A DNA stretch of 64,000 nt, taken from Leptogorgia sarmentosa (Eukaryota). The DNA lies in assembly GCA_964658305.1 (NCBI GenBank), contig OZ210885.1:9548001-9612000 (forward strand), given 5' to 3'. Each line of letters opens with the position of its first letter. Positions within the stretch are counted from its first letter, which is position 1. Both the position numbers and the translations under genes were made by a program. A model generated the notes under the pieces. It had not been told where the DNA came from. It worked only from the letters and a program-made list of their open reading frames with translations, and did no database searches. Below are positions 58,545-64,000 of the stretch, piece by piece.

Positions 58545-60879
58545 CACTGAGCTATACTTAATATATCTGGAGATCGGGTCGTAATACCACGCCGTACAAA
58601 ATAGTGTCGCCAAAAACATGGCGGATTTTAGCCAAATTTACGTCATTATGACGTAGTAAGTCCCCTATTTCAGGGGACTAACCACTGACCAAATAACATT
58701 GCCGAAAGTGAGCAGTTTTCTCACCCCCCTGTCTCGAAATAAAATATTAAAATCCAGCTAACATGATAACATCACACGTCAAAGTTTTTAATTCAAAACA
58801 ATATTTCGTTGAATTTTGTTGATTATCAACATGCCGCGTTTTTGCTATGTTTCGGATGTCACAACTCCTTTGACAACAAAAAACTGTTGTCACACTGGTA
58901 AGGAAATTTTATTTTATGCTTATACATCGTTCGAGAGGTCGTATGTATGCTTAAATTTATTTACAACAGTCTCTTAAGGCCAGTTTACAATATCAAAGTT
59001 TCTGCCATCACAGTAGGAATCTTGCATGGGTGAAACTTGAGGTTATTTTCACCAGATTTTTACAATTACACTGTTCGTGAAACATGTACAGTACATTTAT
59101 TGTTGATTAATATTAAACAAGAATGCTATGCTGGTCATGTGGCAAGTAAGACCATACAATCTTTATCTTGGCCAATTTGTTCCATAACCTTCTTGGCTTC
59201 CCCGCATTCTGAATGCTCCCAGTTTGTGCTAAAAGGAATGATCTCTTCCATGCTGTCTAGAAATAGGGATGAAACTGTAGTTCGTATTCATTGCTCTTGT
59301 CATGGTCAAGTTGTTGAAGACATGGATGGCCACCTTAAATGTGAACAATGTCAAACCAAAGGAATGGTGGGAATGACTGGTAATAATGACACATTGAAGG
59401 TAGGCATACTTGGAGTGTTACTGTGGAGTTTTATATTTATATCTTTCTGTGATACAATGGAATTTAACTGCTTGATTGTCTTGTTTGTTCATAGTTGTTC
59501 AAACTTGATGGGTTCTGGTGTTGGCAGTACAATCTTTGCATAACTATTATGCCCCCAAAAAGATGGGAGGAAGCAAGGTTCAGTGCACCACTGGCATGGG
59601 TGCCATGACATTGTTTTTAATAATAACTTAATAATGATTTCTTCAATAATAATATTGTTTTAAATAACTAATTAATATAATTAATTCATTTGTTAATAGT
59701 TGTTGTACATAGTTTTTAATAATTTGTTCTCCAATGTTCAGTAGCTGAAATAATAAATAAGGAAATAATAAATAAGTAAGTTAAAATTTAATCTGATTAC
59801 TAATGTATTAATATATTTATTTTGTCTCAATCAATTCTATGCATATCTAATTCTCTTGAATGCAAATTGATGAGTGCAATCACATTTGCCACATAACTGG
59901 ACCATTTCACATTGATTTTGAAGTTGAAAGCATCAAATTAAACTAGAAAGTGAACACAATTCGATAAGTATTTATTTCTTAATTGTGCTGGCTAATCAAA
60001 GTCAATATGCCAGCAAAATTAGGTGCTGAGCAAATGGGGATTGACATCCATAGAATTGGTTGAGGAACTTGTTTACTCATACTTGTGTTGTATGTGTTTT
60101 AAAATAAAAAAAATAAATTTGTTGTGATTTGAATGTGAATATATTATTGTATATCCTGAAATATTATATCATTATCTTGGAAATTTTCTGATAAAATATT
60201 ATTCTTCAATGCAAATAAAAATGATATATGAATTGCATAAAATGCAGATATCAAACATTCTAGATCAAGCATCTAAAAGGCAATTGTTCCTTGAATGTTC
60301 AATCAAATAGTGGCATTACCTTTTTCAAGCAAGACCATTATAAATATATACACTTCACTTCATATTGACATGCTGCACTTATTTTTCAATAATTTCATCG
60401 ATAGAATATACCTGAAATTGCAATACATACATATACAAAACTTAGTGGTGATATCAGTGGTTATTACAATAAAACAACAACTTCGTCTTGAAACAACGTC
60501 TTCTTATAGCTCAGTGGTGGCCGTCAGACAAGCAGTAAGCTCCATTCCTGTCCTCTTTAATCAATCGCGTTCGGTATTTATATTTTATAGGCGCGTACAT
60601 CAACAAATACAACAATATATTTTTGAGATGTAAGAGAATTTTAATACTTTATCTCAATTCTTTGAAAAAATATCAAAACAACACTGCAGTATATATATTT
60701 ATATAGTAACAAACAGTAAAATCCAGGGGGGGTTGGAAACGGCGCCTGCACACACTTCAACTGTGGTCAGTAATTACCATCATGAGAATAGGGGACGTGT
60801 GACGTAAAATCCGCCATGTTTTTGGCGACACTTCAAAGTGGAGAGCCCGATCTCCAGATATATTAAGTATAGCTCAGTG
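58545..60879 (+). mobile_element. Non-autonomous P-element-like transposon
   Basis: Perfect 34-bp TIR CACTGAGCTATACTTAATATATCTGGAGATCGGG; perfect 8-bp TSD GCACTGGA; subterminal inverted repeat GTGTCGCCAAAAACATGGCGGATTTTA; THAP-like start MPRFCYV/FGCHN at 58831 (frameshifted). Confidence 0.88.
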
Positions 60880-61002
60880 GCACTGGACCACCCACCCTAC
60901 CTTGACCCAAAATGGCGGCGAACTGACTTTCAATCCGCTCGTGCGGAATTATTACCCTCGCCCCAGGCTAACGCCCGGACGGCGCTTCGCGCCCTGGCTC
61001 GG

Positions 61003-62365
61003 GGATAAAGTTGGACCTAAGCTTTCGGGACACTGTATGGACTGATCACTGCATTCGGGACACTGTATGGACTGATCACTGCATACATACATACAAACTG
61101 CTAGTAAATACACATTGTCTGAATGAACATGCCAAATATTTCTGAAACGAACATGCCACCTTTGCGTCTCCCTTTTGACACAACCAACCGAAGCGCAGTC
61201 CGAGTCTCCTTCTGATCTCTATGTGTGTCTGCTGTCTACCATTTCCGCACTCACGCGCCGGTCGCGAAAGAGTGCTACCCGGCAACTAGGTGAGCGGAGC
61301 GCATGAAAAAAGCAGTGAAGAGAAAGTTCGCCGGCAACCGCACGCTAAATACTTCGCATTAGGATTATCACTAAAAAACGTTTCTAAAAAATAAAAACAT
61401 TAAGATTTTTAAAAAACTACTCTTTTGTTGTATCATCTGTGAAGCGATGTATAGTTTTAGTTGATTGAGGCATTCCATCAAAGAACAAAGCTAGTGTTAA
61501 AAACTTTGACGACGTGAAATCACGCATGCGCTATTAACTGAAAATTGAATATTACCTTCCGGACGGTCGCGTCCCGTAATCTTAAGCTCGCTTTTCACTG
61601 TTATAATAAGGCTCGGAATAACAAGTAAGTCGCCTCCGGGCGAAGACTTAAAGGAGACTTGAAGAATCGAACAACCGAACAACCGAACAATCGAAGACTA
61701 GAAGAAGTGTTGTGAATTCCTTCCGTGTTTCTGCGTGGTGGTGCCAAGTGTTGTGAATTCCGTACGTGTTCGCTGTTCGTTCGTGCACCGTTTGGCCTTG
61801 ATTTTGGCAGCAGTACTCTAACTACTCTTCGTGTTCGTGCCTGTTTGCGGGGCCCTCTAGGGGGTAACGCTAAGGCGGTGGTCTTTACTTCCAACCTTGC
61901 TGCGTGCTTCTGTTGTTAGGTTGAGGTGCTTGACTGAAACCTGACGTCTCAGTTCCTCTTATCTTTTGTCCGTGTTTTGAGAAATTAGATCCTCGTTTGC
62001 CACGCATAGTGTGGGCCTTAGCGTACTCAGATAATACTTAATAAGTTGTTTCGAGACTGGGATCTCGTTTAAGGTTACATTAGGAGTAACACATAGTATT
62101 CTTGTTGAGATGCACACAGTTTTTTCAGTATTAAAAGTTAGTAGTTTTTATTTTGAGACTGCATGGGATCTCGTTTAAGCTTACATTAGGATAGTTACGC
62201 GGATACGAACGTGACGAAGGCTCTAATCCATCTTACTATAGCTGAGCGTACGTTCAATTTTTGCAACTCGGCGATTATAGACTAGTGTGATGATCGACTA
62301 AGTCGAATTTACTATAATACGGAAAGAATGCTCCGATTCAAACGTGTAAAAATACTCCAACCTTA
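61003..62365 (-). repeat. Inverted copy of the 28740-29590 repeat with an extra ~520-bp segment (61522-62042)
   Basis: Direct sequence comparison. Confidence 0.8.
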
Positions 62366-64000
62366 TTTATACTCCAACCAATATTGAATAACGAATACAG
62401 GGTGTCTAAAAAAAAACGCAATCCTACGTTCAAATGCAATTTTCATTACGAAAAGAAATAGAAAATAGGCTATATTTACCATCGTTAGAAAGCTCACAAT
62501 TTCTACAGCTTGCACAACCCCTCTTAAAGACAACAAGAGACAAACCCTCTTAAATGGGGCCACTTTGGACCCTGAAGAATAGGGCCCTATTTTTTAGCTA
62601 TTTTGGGCCGAAATAAACCCAAGCAGTAGGGCCAATTTGGCCTCATTTAAGCTGAATTGGACCTGTTTATGGAATTTGGCCCCATGGAAGCAGGGCATTT
62701 TGCCCCCAAAATGGCCTGTTTATGACCAAATTCACCCTTTGTTAAGGAGCAAATGCTTAACAACAAGCAACTTGGCTATAGACTCATATAATATTATAAT
62801 ATTGTGTGAATGTTATTAAAAAATAAATATTATGTTTGGTAGCAAAGCATTTATTATACTGCATAAAAATTGAGATACGTACTTAAATTACCAAAATATT
62901 ATTGTGAATATTATTACTATTTAAATATTATTTTTTTCCACATTGAACAGGTAGTAGGTGTCTAATAAGGCTACCAAAGCATCGCATACTTTCTTCGTTG
63001 TAACATTGCACAACACTATGCCTTCTTGGCTGTCATTGATATGCACACAGTTTTTTTCAGTATTAAAAATTAGTAGTTTTTTTATCATCACCCCTCAGAA
63101 ATGTCAGTTCCATTCTCACAAATCAGAATGGCTTTTATTATTAGCTATTAATGGGTTTAACAAGACAGAATTCACACACACAACCATGAATCACAGACTT
63201 GATTTCAAATAATAAGGACAATTTAAAACGTTTCCTACCTTCGTATCCAAGCGTTGAAGATTCTGGACAGCATTCTTTACTTCTTTAGTCTTCTGAACCT
63301 TCGCAATCCAACCTAACCTTTTTTTGCGCATATATTCTCCGACATTGAAGCGAGAATAATTTGTGGCCTTTCTAAAAGGCATTTTATTTATTGTCCTAAG
63401 ACAATTTCCACGAAACAAAAAACATACAAACTTTAAAAGGACTTTTTACTTTGATATACACCAAAAATTAAACAAAAAAGAGTTAAAACGAACGAGCCTA
63501 TACAAGACGAAGTTGATAAACTTTCACAACTTTAACCAAAGGTCGCCATTTCGCTGGTATGCCTCGAACAAGAACGGCGCCAGAGGAATTGTTTTGTTGG
63601 TTTCCATGGCAATATTGATACCATTTTCATGCGCAAGAGTCCCTCTATTTACCTATATATCTCACGTTACCCCCCGAAAAACGAGCAAAGCAAAATTCCA
63701 CGTGCAAATGAAGGAATTTTTCAATTTCTAAATTCGCTACCAGTCTCCCGAAAATCTCGCGCGCGTATGATAAATATTGTCTCAATATTAATGACCGTTT
63801 TCGTGTGCAAAAAAGCCAGGCGTGTTTACTTACATATTCCCATCATCATTCCGATCCACAACCACATCCACATCGTTCACCTGTTGAGACGCAAATAATT
63901 TAAATCGACGAAAAATCAATTTTTGCGAGTGTATAAGAATTACCGCGTGATTTTAATGACGATGCAATGCAGGCGTGACCGCCATAACAAGTACGATTGT

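Larger units (their letters stand above)
57348..60885. mobile_element. Non-autonomous hAT element (outer), carrying two nested insertions
   Basis: TIR CAGTGCTTCCATTT / AAATGGAAGCACTG; perfect 8-bp TSD GACCACCC (57340-57347, 60886-60893). Confidence 0.85.

Noticed and set aside
59037..59543. 168-aa ORF with Cys/His residues inside the P-like element
   Set aside because: Non-ATG start and no recognisable domain
61601..61894. Histone H3-tail-like words (PRKQ, ART) in a 97-aa ORF
   Set aside because: No histone fold and wrong motif order; chance similarity

Overview
AT-rich eukaryotic genomic DNA, probably an invertebrate animal and possibly a cnidarian (inference only); not prokaryotic. It is dominated by a large, reshuffled tRNA gene cluster in two arms (about 1-15.6 kb and 30.3-48.5 kb, plus a fragment at about 21.6-22.1 kb). 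By manual count the cluster holds about 90 tRNA genes and pseudogenes for only 12 amino acids (Ser, His, Pro, Asn, Val, Gln, Cys, Gly, Glu, Trp, Thr, Leu), built from duplicated and inverted modules. An apparently intact autonomous hAT transposon (1641-6210, 14-bp TIRs, perfect 8-bp TSD) encodes a probably two-exon ~1014-aa transposase. The rest is mostly non-autonomous hAT, P-like, PIF/Harbinger and Tc1/mariner elements (several nested, several in or next to tRNA genes), LINE, BEL/Pao and MULE fragments, a terminal WD40 exon and decayed fibrinogen-like exons. Highlights are an otherwise intact tRNA-Trp with a UCA (opal) anticodon, anticodon switching between paralogous copies, an intron-containing tRNA-Leu(CAA), and tRNAs with internal tandem duplications. 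Nearly all short ORFs in the supplied track are spurious read-throughs of tRNA modules. I found no convincing new multi-gene protein system.
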